Shown here one piece after another: positions 1-9,533 of a stretch of DNA of 64,000 bases (position 1 is its first letter; the number at the start of each line of letters is the position of its first letter). Origin of the DNA: Gammaproteobacteria bacterium (GTDB lineage: Bacteria > Pseudomonadota > Gammaproteobacteria > Eutrophobiales > Eutrophobiaceae). Position numbers and translations under genes: made by a program. The notes below the pieces were generated by a model, which worked only from the letters and a program-made list of their open reading frames with translations, did no database searches and was not told the origin of the DNA. The DNA is taken from positions 1,408,001-1,472,000 of the forward strand of contig OZ244905.1 in NCBI GenBank assembly GCA_965221695.1, given 5' to 3'.

Positions 1-1547
1 AGGGCCGCCAGGATCAGGGCGCAACCAAGTATCGCGCGGATATTATTACTGTTATTCCTGCGCAATTCTCTGCGCAGCCCGTCGACATCGCCTGATTTCA
101 ACTCGACCTGGAAGCGACCGTCGTGCAGGCGATCCACCAACTCCATTACCCTGTGCGGGAATTGGGGCAAGCGGTTGACCCAATAGGGAACGGTGTCCCG
201 CGTGCCCTTGAGCAAAGCTCGCAGGCCCACGCGGCTGTCCATCCAGCGCTGCATGATAGGTTTTGCTGTTGCCCAGAGATCCAGCTCTGGGTAGAGTTGG
301 CGACCCAACCCTTCAATATTGACCAGGGTCTTTTGCAACAACACCAGTTGCGGCAGGATCACCATGTTGAACTGCCGGGCGGTCTGGAACAGCCGCAACA
401 ACAGCGCTCCGATTGACATCTCGCGGATGGGCCGGTCGAACATGGGTTCGCAAACGGTGCGAATGGCAAACTCGAACTCATCCACTCTGACACCGGGCGG
501 GACCCAACCTGATTCGATATGCAATTCGGCAACGCGGCGGTAATCGCGGTTCAGAAATGCCAGGAAGTTGTCAGCCATATAGCGCTGATCGTATTCACTG
601 AGGGAACTCATGATGCCGAAATCCACCATCATGATACGCGCCTTGCCGTCTGCCAGCGGTTCTATGAAAATATTGCCGGGGTGCATGTCTGCGTGGAAAA
701 AGCTGTCCCGAAATACCTGGGTGAAGAAAATCTCCACCCCGCGTTCAGCCAGCCATTTCAAGTCCACGCCCGCTTGTTCCAACGCCACCGTATCACTCAC
801 GGGTATCCCGGACACACGTTCCATTACCATCACATCCCGGCCTGTTAACTCCCATACAACCTCGGGAACGTACAACACATCGGAGCCGGAAAAATTGCGG
901 CGCAATTGCGATGCCGACGCCGCTTCCCGCATCAAATCGAGTTCATTGAACAACGTTTTCTCAAACTCCTCGACCACCGAGGTGGGTTTCAGGCGCCGTG
1001 CGTCTCTGGAATAGCGCTCCACGGTCTCTGCGAGGATGTGGATAATGCCGAGGTCGCGGCCAATCACCTTGTTTATTTCAGGACGTATCACCTTGACAAT
1101 CATCGCCCGCCCGTCCTGTAGCGTGGCGGCATGGACCTGGGCCACCGAGGCGGACGCCAGTGGTGTTTCATCAAATTCCAGGAATATGTCCTCGATACTT
1201 TTTCCCAGCGAACGTTCGATGATCTGCCTGGCAATGCTGCCGGGAAAAGGCGCCACCTTGTCCTGCAGCTTCGCCAGTTCCAGCGCGACGTCGTCCGGCA
1301 GCATATCGCGCCGGGTCGACAACAACTGGCCGAATTTGACGTAAATCGGCCCCAGGTCTTCCAGGGCCAGGCGCAGCCTCACACCCCGGGAATCATCCAG
1401 CTTGCGAAACCAGTTCCAGGGCAACAAGCGCTGCAGCCACCTGACCGAATGAAACAGGCGCAGCGTGAACACCAATTCATCCAGCCCGTGTTTGACGAGC
1501 ACACGCTGTATCGTGAGCAACCTGAAAAATTGTCCTAGGGTTAACAT
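1..1547 (-). CDS. ubiB: Ubiquinone biosynthesis regulatory kinase UbiB (3' end runs off the window)
   Basis: Manual translation from ATG 1547: MLTLGQFFRLLTIQRVLVKHGLDE...LRLALEDLGPIYVKFGQLLSTRRD; follows ubiE-ubiJ; not in the ORF track because it has no stop inside the window. Confidence 0.93.
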   Translation of the reverse strand, partial: MLTLGQFFRLLTIQRVLVKHGLDELVFTLRLFHSVRWLQRLLPWNWFRKLDDSRGVRLRLALEDLGPIYVKFGQLLSTRRDMLPDDVALELAKLQDKVAPFPGSIARQIIERSLGKSIEDIFLEFDETPLASASVAQVHAATLQDGRAMIVKVIRPEINKVIGRDLGIIHILAETVERYSRDARRLKPTSVVEEFEKTLFNELDLMREAASASQLRRNFSGSDVLYVPEVVWELTGRDVMVMERVSGIPVSDTVALEQAGVDLKWLAERGVEIFFTQVFRDSFFHADMHPGNIFIEPLADGKARIMMVDFGIMSSLSEYDQRYMADNFLAFLNRDYRRVAELHIESGWVPPGVRVDEFEFAIRTVCEPMFDRPIREMSIGALLLRLFQTARQFNMVILPQLVLLQKTLVNIEGLGRQLYPELDLWATAKPIMQRWMDSRVGLRALLKGTRDTVPYWVNRLPQFPHRVMELVDRLHDGRFQVELKSGDVDGLRRELRRNNSNNIRAILGCALILAA

Positions 1548-1587
1548 TGCATCGAAATCATGGGGTTAGATCCCTGACCTACGCCCC

Positions 1588-1683
1588 ACCCATTCCCGCG
1601 AAAGCGGGAATCCAGTGAAACAAAAGGTCGCCCTCCGGGCGACACAGAATCTGACTGGACTCCCGCTTTCGCGGGAGTGGTAC
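1588..1683. repeat. Palindromic REP/dRS3-like element (CATTCCCGCGAAAGCGGGAATCCAG family)
   Basis: Terminal inverted hairpins attcccgcgaaagcgggaatccag ... ctggactcccgctttcgcgggagtgg with an internal gtcgccc/gggcgac hairpin; related copies at 32107, 45999 and 58755. Confidence 0.8.
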
Positions 1684-1711
1684 GGAGGCATGTCTTGGTT
1701 TATGCCAAAAG

Positions 1712-2329
1712 TTACATGCAGTCGGGACGTGCAGAGCTAAGATCATCAGGGTTTAGTTTATTTACTCTTTGTTTCAGGCGTTCCACGTCATCGCGTAATT
1801 CGTCCACTGCGTGATTGAAGCGATCAATTTCATCGCGGTCCGGCAGTATTTCCTTTTCGTACAATACATATTCGCCCAGGTCCAGTTCAATCTTGTCCTT
1901 CAGGTGACGGATAAAACCGGCGCCGCTGCGCGCGAGATTTGCTGCCTTGTGCGCCAGGGTATCGCCGAGCGCTTGTGCGGCCTGCTCTTCCAGGTCGACC
2001 TCGAACCTGCGCATCAGCCGTTGAAAATCCTGCGCCAGGCCCAGGTCACCCCGTATCTCCAGGTTCCCGACCGCGGCCGGCTGGCCCTGCCCGGAGGAAC
2101 GCATATATGCGAGCAGGTTGAGCGGCGCACCCCGGATCAGCACATCGGCCTCTGCGGCGTGATCCGTTTCGATGCGCAGCGCGCGATCCTGAATCACCAG
2201 GCTGATCACGGGCTGCGCGGTGTTCAGCAGTTCCACCTGGATTACCTTGCCTGACAGGCAGGCCAACTCTTCCAGGGTTTCCGGGTCCTGCAACAGCAGA
2301 TTGTTCAGCACGCGTTCCAAGGGTTTCAT
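1712..2329 (-). CDS. ubiJ: UbiJ (SCP2 sterol-binding domain ubiquinone accessory factor)
   Basis: 205 aa between ubiE and ubiB; IRGDLGLAQDFQRL..DLEEQ and C-terminal VDELRDDVERL. Confidence 0.85.
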   Translation of the reverse strand: MKPLERVLNNLLLQDPETLEELACLSGKVIQVELLNTAQPVISLVIQDRALRIETDHAAEADVLIRGAPLNLLAYMRSSGQGQPAAVGNLEIRGDLGLAQDFQRLMRRFEVDLEEQAAQALGDTLAHKAANLARSGAGFIRHLKDKIELDLGEYVLYEKEILPDRDEIDRFNHAVDELRDDVERLKQRVNKLNPDDLSSARPDCM

Positions 2330-3060
2330 AACTTGTAACCCTGGTGCAAGGCGACGATGCCGCCGTTCAGGTTCAGGTAGTCGACGCGGGAAAAACCGGC
2401 TTCCTCCAGCAATGTTTTCAGGCTATCCTGGTCCGGGTGCATCCTGATGGACTCGACCAGGTAACGGTAGCTGTCGGGGTCTTGCAGCGCCAGTTTCCCC
2501 AGCGCGGGAATAACATGGAACGAGTAACTGTCATAAATGCGCCTGAACAGGTCCGAGGTTACCCGCGAGAATTCCAGCACAAGGACCCGGCCGCCATATC
2601 TGAGTCCGGCATGAATGGCGCGCAGCGCCGCCGGTTTGTCGGTCATATTACGCAGACCAAAGGCCAGAGTCGCGCATTCGAAGCTGTTATCGGCAAACGG
2701 CAGGCGTTCCGCGTCCGCTTGTACGTAATACATATCATTGACCAGTCCCCTGTCCGCAAGCTTGTCCCGGCCAAAATTCAGCATGGCCTCGTTGATATCG
2801 CAAGAGACGACTTCATAGCCGGCCTGGTTCAGCAGGGCAGCGAGATCGCCGGTGCCGGATGCGACATCCAGCACGCGCGCGCCGGGTTGCAGACCGGCCA
2901 AGTGAACACACAGGCGTTTCCAGAGCCGGTGTATACCGAAGGACATCAGGTCGTTCATCAGGTCGTAGCGTGATGCGACCGAGCTGAAGATCGCCTCCAC
3001 ACGCCGGGCTTTTTCTTCCCGGGGAACCTTACGGAAACCGAAATCGACCGATTGTTTCAT
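2326..3060 (-). CDS. ubiE: Ubiquinone/menaquinone C-methyltransferase UbiE
   Basis: FSSVASRYDLMNDLMSFGIHRLWK, VLDVASGTGD, YRYLVESIRMHPDQ; start taken at ATG 3060 (MKQSVDFG). Confidence 0.95.
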   Translation of the reverse strand: MKQSVDFGFRKVPREEKARRVEAIFSSVASRYDLMNDLMSFGIHRLWKRLCVHLAGLQPGARVLDVASGTGDLAALLNQAGYEVVSCDINEAMLNFGRDKLADRGLVNDMYYVQADAERLPFADNSFECATLAFGLRNMTDKPAALRAIHAGLRYGGRVLVLEFSRVTSDLFRRIYDSYSFHVIPALGKLALQDPDSYRYLVESIRMHPDQDSLKTLLEEAGFSRVDYLNLNGGIVALHQGYKL

Positions 3061-3410
3061 GTAACCCGGCGCTTGTAACCCGCCTTTTCCAGCGCAGCCA
3101 GGTAAGATGCCCAATGCCTTTCCTGGCGCTCGCCCAACTGGTACAGGTAATCCCAGGTATAGATGCCGGAGTTATGCCCGTCGTCAAAGCATAGTTTCAA
3201 CGCATAGCTCCCGACCGGCTCGACCGTATCGATATTCACGTTTTCCTTGCCCGTCTGCAATACCTCCTGGCCGGGCCCATGGCCGCGCACTTCGGCAGAG
3301 GGAGAATACACCCGCAGCAGTTCGCAACCGAGGCTGAAACTGTTCCCGTCCGGGTATTCCAGCACCAGGCAACGTGATTTTTTCTTTAAGCTGACGGATA
3401 CGGGTTTCAT
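3057..3410 (-). CDS. DUF971 / gamma-butyrobetaine hydroxylase N-terminal-like protein
   Basis: ELLRVYSPSAEVRGHG...FDDGHNSGIYTWDYL; usual position between hslU and ubiE. Confidence 0.88.
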   Translation of the reverse strand: MKPVSVSLKKKSRCLVLEYPDGNSFSLGCELLRVYSPSAEVRGHGPGQEVLQTGKENVNIDTVEPVGSYALKLCFDDGHNSGIYTWDYLYQLGERQERHWASYLAALEKAGYKRRVT

Positions 3411-3416
3411 GACCGT

Positions 3417-4736
3417 TCAGAGAATATAGCGCGTCAGGTCCTCGTCCTTGATCAGGTCTTCCAGGTGGTCGTCCACGTACTTGGCATCTATTCTTATGCT
3501 GTTCTCTACCTGGTCGGGGGCCTCGAAAGACAGAGTCTCAAGCAGCCGCTCCATCACTGTGTGCAAGCGCCGGGCGCCGATATTCTCTGTGGACTCGTTA
3601 ACCTGCCAGGCGATCTCGGCGATGCGTGCGATACCATCGTCTGAAAACGACAGGTCCACCTGTTCGGTCTGCAACAGCGCCGTGTACTGTTGCGTCAGCG
3701 ACGCGTCGGGTTCGACCAGGATACGGCTGAACTCGACCACGCCCAGGGCATCAAGTTCGACCCGTATCGGCAACCGGCCCTGCAGTTCGGGGATCAGGTC
3801 GGAGGGTTTGGAAAAATGGAATGCGCCGGACGCAATGAACAGTATGTGGTCCGTTTTCACCATGCCGTAGCGGGTCGTCACCGTGGAGCCTTCCACCAAC
3901 GGCAGCAGGTCGCGCTGCACGCCTTCCCTGGATACATCCGCGCCGCTTACCTCGGCGCGGCGCGTGACCTTGTCAATCTCGTCGAGGAATACCAGGCCGT
4001 TCTGTTCCACGTTCTCCAGGGCCCTGACCTTGATCTCATCCTCGTTCACCATTTTCGCGGCCTCTTCTTCCGCGAGGATCTTGAGCGCCTCCTTGATCCT
4101 CACTTTTCTCGTGCGCTTTTTTTCGCTGCCGATACTCTGGAACAGCCCCTGCAACTGGCTGGTCATCTCCTCCATACCGGGTGGCGCCATGATCTCCACG
4201 CCGATGGCCGGCATGCTGACTTCTATTTCAATCTCCTTGTCATTCAATTCACCGCTCTTTAATAACGCACGAAACCTCTCCCTGGTAGCGCTGGCCTGCT
4301 CTTCTTCCGGGCTCATTCGGGGCGGCGGCAACATGATATCCAACACCCGGTTCTCCGCGGCCAGTTCGGCCCGATCCCGCACTTTGTCCATTTCTTCCTC
4401 GCGGGTCATTTTTACGGCCACATCCGCCAGGTCGCGCACGATGGATTCGACATCCCTGCCGACATACCCCACTTCCGTAAACTTGGTTGCCTCAATCTTG
4501 ATGAAAGGCGCGTTCGCCAGCTTCGCCAAGCGCCGCGCAATCTCCGTTTTTCCCACCCCGGTAGGTCCTATCATAAGAATATTCTTCGGCGTGATCTCGT
4601 TTCTCAATTCCTCGTTGACCTGGGCGCGGCGCCAGCGGTTACGCAATGCAATCGCGACCGCGCGCTTGGCCGCATCCTGGCCGATGATATGTTTGTCCAG
4701 TTCCAAGACGATCTGTTTCGGCGTCAGCGCTTCCAT
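3417..4736 (-). CDS. hslU: ATP-dependent protease ATPase subunit HslU
   Basis: [38 protein letters not shown]-terminal DLTRYIL. Confidence 0.98.
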   Translation of the reverse strand: MEALTPKQIVLELDKHIIGQDAAKRAVAIALRNRWRRAQVNEELRNEITPKNILMIGPTGVGKTEIARRLAKLANAPFIKIEATKFTEVGYVGRDVESIVRDLADVAVKMTREEEMDKVRDRAELAAENRVLDIMLPPPRMSPEEEQASATRERFRALLKSGELNDKEIEIEVSMPAIGVEIMAPPGMEEMTSQLQGLFQSIGSEKKRTRKVRIKEALKILAEEEAAKMVNEDEIKVRALENVEQNGLVFLDEIDKVTRRAEVSGADVSREGVQRDLLPLVEGSTVTTRYGMVKTDHILFIASGAFHFSKPSDLIPELQGRLPIRVELDALGVVEFSRILVEPDASLTQQYTALLQTEQVDLSFSDDGIARIAEIAWQVNESTENIGARRLHTVMERLLETLSFEAPDQVENSIRIDAKYVDDHLEDLIKDEDLTRYIL

Positions 4737-5290
4737 TATGATTTCGCTCCTTCACAAGGCAGTTCTTCAATGGTGATATGAGTGTTTGTGTAAATACAGA
4801 TGTCGGCGGCAATGTGCAAGGCTTTTTCGACAACCTCGCGCGCGTCCAGTTCCGTGTTTTCCAGCAGCGCCAGCGCCGCAGCCTTCGCATAAGCGCCCCC
4901 GGAACCGATAGCCATGACACCGGTTTCCGGCTCTATTACATCGCCGTTACCGGAAATCAGCAGGGAACTGGATTTGTCGGCAACGCAGAGCATCGCCTCC
5001 AGGCGTCGCAAGATCCGGTCCGTGCGCCAGTCCTTGGCCAGTTCGACAGCCGATCGTACCAGGTGGCCCTGGTAGGATTCCAGCTTGGCGTCGAAGCGTT
5101 CGAACAGGGTGAACGCATCCGCGGTCCCACCGGCAAAGCCTGCTATGACCTGATCCCGGTACAGCTTCCTGATCTTGCTGGCATTGCCTTTCATCACGGT
5201 GTCGCCCAGGGATACCTGGCCGTCACCGCCGATGACCACTTTGTTACCCCGCCGCACCGACAGGATTGTTGTTCCTCTGAATTGTTCCAA
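4736..5290 (-). CDS. hslV: ATP-dependent protease subunit HslV
   Basis: TTILSVRR...[22 protein letters not shown]. Confidence 0.97.
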   Translation of the reverse strand: MEQFRGTTILSVRRGNKVVIGGDGQVSLGDTVMKGNASKIRKLYRDQVIAGFAGGTADAFTLFERFDAKLESYQGHLVRSAVELAKDWRTDRILRRLEAMLCVADKSSSLLISGNGDVIEPETGVMAIGSGGAYAKAAALALLENTELDAREVVEKALHIAADICIYTNTHITIEELPCEGAKS

Positions 5291-5328
5291 TCAATCTCTC
5301 CGGATTACAAACTTGTTATTTTATCGAT

Positions 5329-5356
5329 ATATGGGGTCAGAGTAAAAATTCTGCAA
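5329..5356 (-). promoter_or_regulatory. Putative sigma-32 (RpoH) promoter of hslVU
   Basis: Minus strand TTGCAG-N14-CCCCATAT about 40 bp upstream of the hslV start; matches the CCCCATNT -10 consensus. Confidence 0.6.
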
Positions 5357-6623
5357 TGCGCTGCGCCGCATTTTTCAACTCTTCGTTGATGGATTCAATG
5401 CCGGTTCCGGTGACGATGACGCTGAGTAGCGGGTGACCTTGTTTGATTTCAGTACCCGTGGCCGGGACGTCCGCTATGCAGAACCCTTCCAGGGGGAACT
5501 CATTGAACACAAGGTCTTTCGGCGCAAACAGGATGGCCTTGCCGATTAACCGGCGGGGGCCGTGGGTTTCCGCTTTTATCGGGTTGCCCTGGTACTGCTG
5601 ATGTAATGACTGTCCTGTTTTCGCTCGCTGCTCTGATGGTTGTCGTGTTTTTTCCTCATTTCGTGGGTGTCCCAATTTTATTGCTTCGTGAGCTTGCGTT
5701 CCCGATGGGCGGACCGCACAGGCGTCATAATGAAGCCGCAGCACGTGAATGCCCAAGGCAAGCTCCAGCACCTCGACCGATGCGGTGTAGCGGGGGTTGA
5801 CTTCGATGGGATGGATGACCTGTTCGTGCCGAATCGCATCGATGCCGAACAACCCGCGCAGTTCAAACCCGGTTGCGACCGCCGCGCCGATATTCTCCCA
5901 TTGTTTGCGCTCCCGCTCATTCAACTCAAGCGGGCCGATACTGCCACAATAGCTGAATTCACCGGCATGGAACGCCGGCATGCCCACCAGTTGGCGCGTG
6001 ACTCCCAATAACCGAGTCTCGTCGGACGCGGCGACAAACACCGCCGAACAGCTCTCGCCAGACAGGTGTTGTTGCAGGAAATAACCCGGCTCGATGGTTT
6101 CACCCTGGTGGCGCCGGATGCCGATGCCGCCAGCGCCGGACCGGGGTTTCACGAGCCAATCGCCTGAGGCGGCGTTGTTCACGGCATCGCTTCTGACGCT
6201 GGTTGAAGAGATAGCCGGGGGGTTGCTGGCCGCGCCGGGGTCGGTGGTGACGCCGGCGCCGCCTCTGACAACCGGACAGGGGATTCGGTTGCGTTGCAGC
6301 GCTTCGAATAAACGAAACGGGTCCTTCACGCTAAGACAGACCGTCTCCGGATTACCCAGCAGTGTCCGGCGTGCGCTAAGCTGTGCCAGAACAGCCGGAT
6401 GGTTTTCCAATGCGCCGGTATAGATAAACGGCGCCTCCGGCGCCTGGTCGATCAGTTTGACAGCCTGACCGGGATAGGGAGATATAATTTGTCCGGGAAA
6501 ACGCTGCCGCAGGTCCGTATCCCCAAACTGGTCCAGCCAGTACGGCGCAAATCCGGCCCGCTGCGCTGAAGCCGCCGCCGCCCTGGCGCTGGCGCCGACG
6601 ATGATTAGCGATTTGTTACTCAT
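5337..6623 (-). CDS. ATP-grasp domain carboligase (COG2232-like, resembling Orf1 of H4MPT/C1-transfer clusters)
   Basis: IVGASARAAAASAQRAG..DQFGDTDL, WLVKPRSGAGGIGI, GLFGIDAI, IEVNPRYTASVEVLE, ADVP. Confidence 0.75.
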   Translation of the reverse strand: MSNKSLIIVGASARAAAASAQRAGFAPYWLDQFGDTDLRQRFPGQIISPYPGQAVKLIDQAPEAPFIYTGALENHPAVLAQLSARRTLLGNPETVCLSVKDPFRLFEALQRNRIPCPVVRGGAGVTTDPGAASNPPAISSTSVRSDAVNNAASGDWLVKPRSGAGGIGIRRHQGETIEPGYFLQQHLSGESCSAVFVAASDETRLLGVTRQLVGMPAFHAGEFSYCGSIGPLELNERERKQWENIGAAVATGFELRGLFGIDAIRHEQVIHPIEVNPRYTASVEVLELALGIHVLRLHYDACAVRPSGTQAHEAIKLGHPRNEEKTRQPSEQRAKTGQSLHQQYQGNPIKAETHGPRRLIGKAILFAPKDLVFNEFPLEGFCIADVPATGTEIKQGHPLLSVIVTGTGIESINEELKNAAQRIAEFLL

Positions 6624-6725
6624 GAGTCAGAGGTTGCTACGGCACAAGCAAGTGACGCCAAATCCTTGTGCCGGTAGTTTGGTTGTGTCCTTGGCCTTAT
6701 TTTGTCTGAACCGAAACGGATAAGT

Positions 6726-7238
6726 TTACCCTTGTATATTATTTGTCAGACGGTGTTCATCATCAACCAGCGCTACCTTAGCTGTCCCATGATTGCCCCA
6801 GCGCCAGAATACCAGGTTGAGATCATCCGCGCCGGCTCCCGGTGCGAAACTCCGGACGCGCATACCCAAGTAACCGGCTTCGATCAACCGGTCGGCAAGA
6901 TGCTGTGACGCAGGCACGATACCCGCCAACATTTCCTGCTCCCAGTTCCGGCAAAATATCTCTTCTGTCTTGACTCCCTGCGCCTCTTGCTCTGACGGAT
7001 CCAACGCATCGAAAACAGGCTCGGCATCGACCCCGTAGGCGCACAGGGTAATCGGCTGCAATGGCCGCCCTACCTGGCTGGCCTCTCTGATGGCTGTGAT
7101 GGGAGAGAGGGACGTGTAAAGCGCCGGGACTCCTATTCGGTTGAAACGGCCTCCATGGCGGCGCGCGCCTTCTCCCGAAGTCGGCTCCCAAGTCCAGCGC
7201 GGGTTATGTGCGCGATAGACGAGGCCGCGAAAGCGCAT
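6726..7238 (-). CDS. RES-domain toxin (MbcT/ParT-like)
   Basis: YRAHNPRW, SGEGARRHGGRFN..G.PALYTS, AIREA, VRSFA, NLVFW; the R-E-S residues appear intact. Confidence 0.88.
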   Translation of the reverse strand: MRFRGLVYRAHNPRWTWEPTSGEGARRHGGRFNRIGVPALYTSLSPITAIREASQVGRPLQPITLCAYGVDAEPVFDALDPSEQEAQGVKTEEIFCRNWEQEMLAGIVPASQHLADRLIEAGYLGMRVRSFAPGAGADDLNLVFWRWGNHGTAKVALVDDEHRLTNNIQG

Positions 7239-7315
7239 CAGCAGGACGAGGTATTACCCTCGCACTTCTCAGTCCGCTTGTTGCTTGCGGGAACATGTTT
7301 GCTGTCAAATACCGC

Positions 7316-7669
7316 TCAGGCATAACCGCCGGCCATGATTCGGTCGAGATGCGCGTGGACATCATCGGCCTTGCCTTCCCGCACCAGTTGGTCGGGAGTC
7401 ATACCGCCAAAGCCGGATAATGGCTCTGCGCGAAACCAGGCATAAGCTGCCAGGTCTGAACCCGTGTGGGCCGATACCCGGTGGAGAATTTCAAGCATCT
7501 GGCGCAAGCGCGTCTGTGTCTTCCTGGCCCGGATGCGAGAAGCGCGCGAAAAAGCATCCTGCCCCAACCCCAGCGTATGTGCAATCTCACCCCGGGTCGT
7601 GCGCAGGGCGGTGGCGACAAGCGCGGGCGAGAAAACCTGATCTTTAACGAATTCCTGGAAATTCATCAT
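7316..7669 (-). CDS. Xre/MbcA/ParS-type antitoxin
   Basis: AYAWFRAEPLSGFGGMTPDQLVREG...HLDRIMAGGYA; upstream of the RES gene; GAGG RBS before ATG 7669. Confidence 0.88.
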   Translation of the reverse strand: MMNFQEFVKDQVFSPALVATALRTTRGEIAHTLGLGQDAFSRASRIRARKTQTRLRQMLEILHRVSAHTGSDLAAYAWFRAEPLSGFGGMTPDQLVREGKADDVHAHLDRIMAGGYA

Positions 7670-7956
7670 ATACCTCAAGAATTTTAACGCATTTAAACGT
7701 AATAATAAATGATAATTACAGGGGTCTCAACTATTTTTGAGACTCTCGATACTTTCCGGAGGTACACCTGTCACAAGGAGTTCGTACTCAGGTGGATTTC
7801 GACGAGCGTAGCGCCTCAAACGATGATAGAAACGGCTGAAACAGGACGAACCGGCCGTGCGCCGCATCTTGGATGCACCCCTTCCCCTTCAGGCTCATTT
7901 CATATTGGAATACACTGCGCTAGCGCAAGAGTCAGTGACCTGCTATACTCGTTTGG

Positions 7957-8130
7957 ATGGGACGCCATACCGGACACATTGATGAAGCCTTGCGTCAGGT
8001 AGGAGTCCTGTTAACGGCCACCGGGGTACTTACCTGTGCGCTGGAACCGTCCCAAATTACGGCTGGCGGACTCGTCAGCCTGGTGGGTTTGCTGTTGATC
8101 TGGGCGGCAAGCCCGGAGGAGAAAGACTGA
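7957..8130 (+). CDS. Putative 57-aa membrane protein with two hydrophobic segments
   Basis: Manual translation MGRHTGHIDEALRQVGVLLTATGVLTCALEPSQITAGGLVSLVGLLLIWAASPEEKD; TGnTATACT 7 nt upstream. Confidence 0.5.
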   Translation: MGRHTGHIDEALRQVGVLLTATGVLTCALEPSQITAGGLVSLVGLLLIWAASPEEKD

Positions 8131-8226
8131 ATGAATACAAGCGTTGTTCTGGTCGCGGTGATGGTGCTCGTGTGCGGACTGATCATGTTGTGGGCAGCCC
8201 GCAAGACGCGCCGGGACTCAGACTAG
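8131..8226 (+). CDS. Putative 31-aa single-TM small protein
   Basis: MNTSVVLVAVMVLVCGLIMLWAARKTRRDSD; GGAGGA RBS about 10 nt upstream; ATG abuts the stop of the previous ORF. Confidence 0.55.
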   Translation: MNTSVVLVAVMVLVCGLIMLWAARKTRRDSD

Positions 8227-8548
8227 CCCCCCAGCTTGCGCGCAACCAGGTTCACCCTGGGCGAGGTTAATTTTGCGTGCGTGAAGCCCCACCACTGACA
8301 CCGAAAACCGCCCGGTTCCGGATCTCACCAATACTTGCCCATTGTCTAACCCGCATTTCTCACCAAGTCGCTTGCTGCCAACGGAAATATGATTGCTTTC
8401 AAAAGCTTATGATAATATTCCACTTGTATCGTCATTACACAACGCGCTAGATGCGCCCTAGCTGAGCGTATATCCGACCAGGTCTTGTCTGGTCTCAGAA
8501 AAATTTATCGCCTCTTCCAGTCCTGTTTTGATACTGTTGTACTCTGTT

Positions 8549-9493
8549 ATGAAACAAATCGTAATATTTTCCGAAAACGACGGTTGGCATGAGCAGCGCC
8601 TGGCCGATGCATTCAAGCGTTATCGCGCGCGTGTGGGGGTCGTATCCCTGAGAGAATGCCGGATTGATTTTGAACAGGCCACATCGGGTATCAGCATTCC
8701 GGGGTTTGCCGGTGCGCTGCCGGATGCGGCTTTCGTGCGCGCGGTTGCCGCGGGGAGTTTTGAGCAGGTGACCTTCAGGCTGGACCTGCTGCATGCGCTC
8801 AAAGCCTGCGGTGTTGTCGTGTATAACGATGCAGTCAGCATAGAGCGGACCGTGGACAAGGCCATGACCAGTTTCCTGCTGGCAAAAAACCGCATCCCGC
8901 ACCCGCCGCTGTGGGTGTGTGAAACCGCCGAAGCCGCCCATGCAGTGATCCAAGCGCAACTGGACAAAGGTCATGCGCTGGTGCAGAAACCGCTGTTCGG
9001 GAATTGCGGGCGTGGCCTGCAATTGATCGATTCAAAGCAATACCAGTTGGACGGCGACCTGATCAACGGCGTTTATTACCTGCAACAGTTTATCGATCAG
9101 GACGACCGCAATGGTCGGGACTGGCGGGTATTTGTGATTAATCATAACGCGGTTGCCGCGATGGAACGCATCTCAGACCACTGGGTCACGAACCGCGCCC
9201 GCGGCGGGGAGTGCCTGCCGGCCACTCTCACCCCGGCGTTACGGGAACTGGCGGAAGCCGCCTCCAGGGCAACCGGCATCTGTTACGGCGGCGTGGATAT
9301 CATCCGCGACCGGCACGGCGCGTTCCTGGTACTGGAGGTAAACAGCGTGCCGGCATGGCGCGGCCTGCAATCTGTGTGTTCGACTGATATTGCAAATTTA
9401 CTGGTTTACGACATACTCGATAAGCTGGAGGAACCGGAAGTTATAAACAATCCGGTGACAGCGTCGCATCGCCTGGTTGGGAATACCGGTTAA
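8549..9493 (+). CDS. RimK-family alpha-L-glutamate ligase resembling methylotroph Orf5/MyfA (C1-cofactor polyglutamylation)
   Basis: AAGSFEQVTFRLDLLHAL, NDAVSIERTVDKAMTSFLL, KPLFGNCGRG, WVTNRARG, VLEVNSVPAWRGLQ. Confidence 0.8.
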   Translation: MKQIVIFSENDGWHEQRLADAFKRYRARVGVVSLRECRIDFEQATSGISIPGFAGALPDAAFVRAVAAGSFEQVTFRLDLLHALKACGVVVYNDAVSIERTVDKAMTSFLLAKNRIPHPPLWVCETAEAAHAVIQAQLDKGHALVQKPLFGNCGRGLQLIDSKQYQLDGDLINGVYYLQQFIDQDDRNGRDWRVFVINHNAVAAMERISDHWVTNRARGGECLPATLTPALRELAEAASRATGICYGGVDIIRDRHGAFLVLEVNSVPAWRGLQSVCSTDIANLLVYDILDKLEEPEVINNPVTASHRLVGNTG

Positions 9494-9533
9494 AACTCAG
9501 TGATAAATTATGATCAGGCAGCCCGCGTACTCA

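Noticed and set aside
123-1538. Several + strand ORFs at the window start, and similar long antisense ORFs over hslU, glnA and groEL
   Set aside because: They are shadows of well-conserved genes on the opposite strand in GC-rich DNA.
5329-5350. GGGGTCAGAGTAAAA as a REP-type motif
   Set aside because: It is single-copy here and better explained as the end of the ATP-grasp gene plus a sigma-32 -10 box for hslVU.
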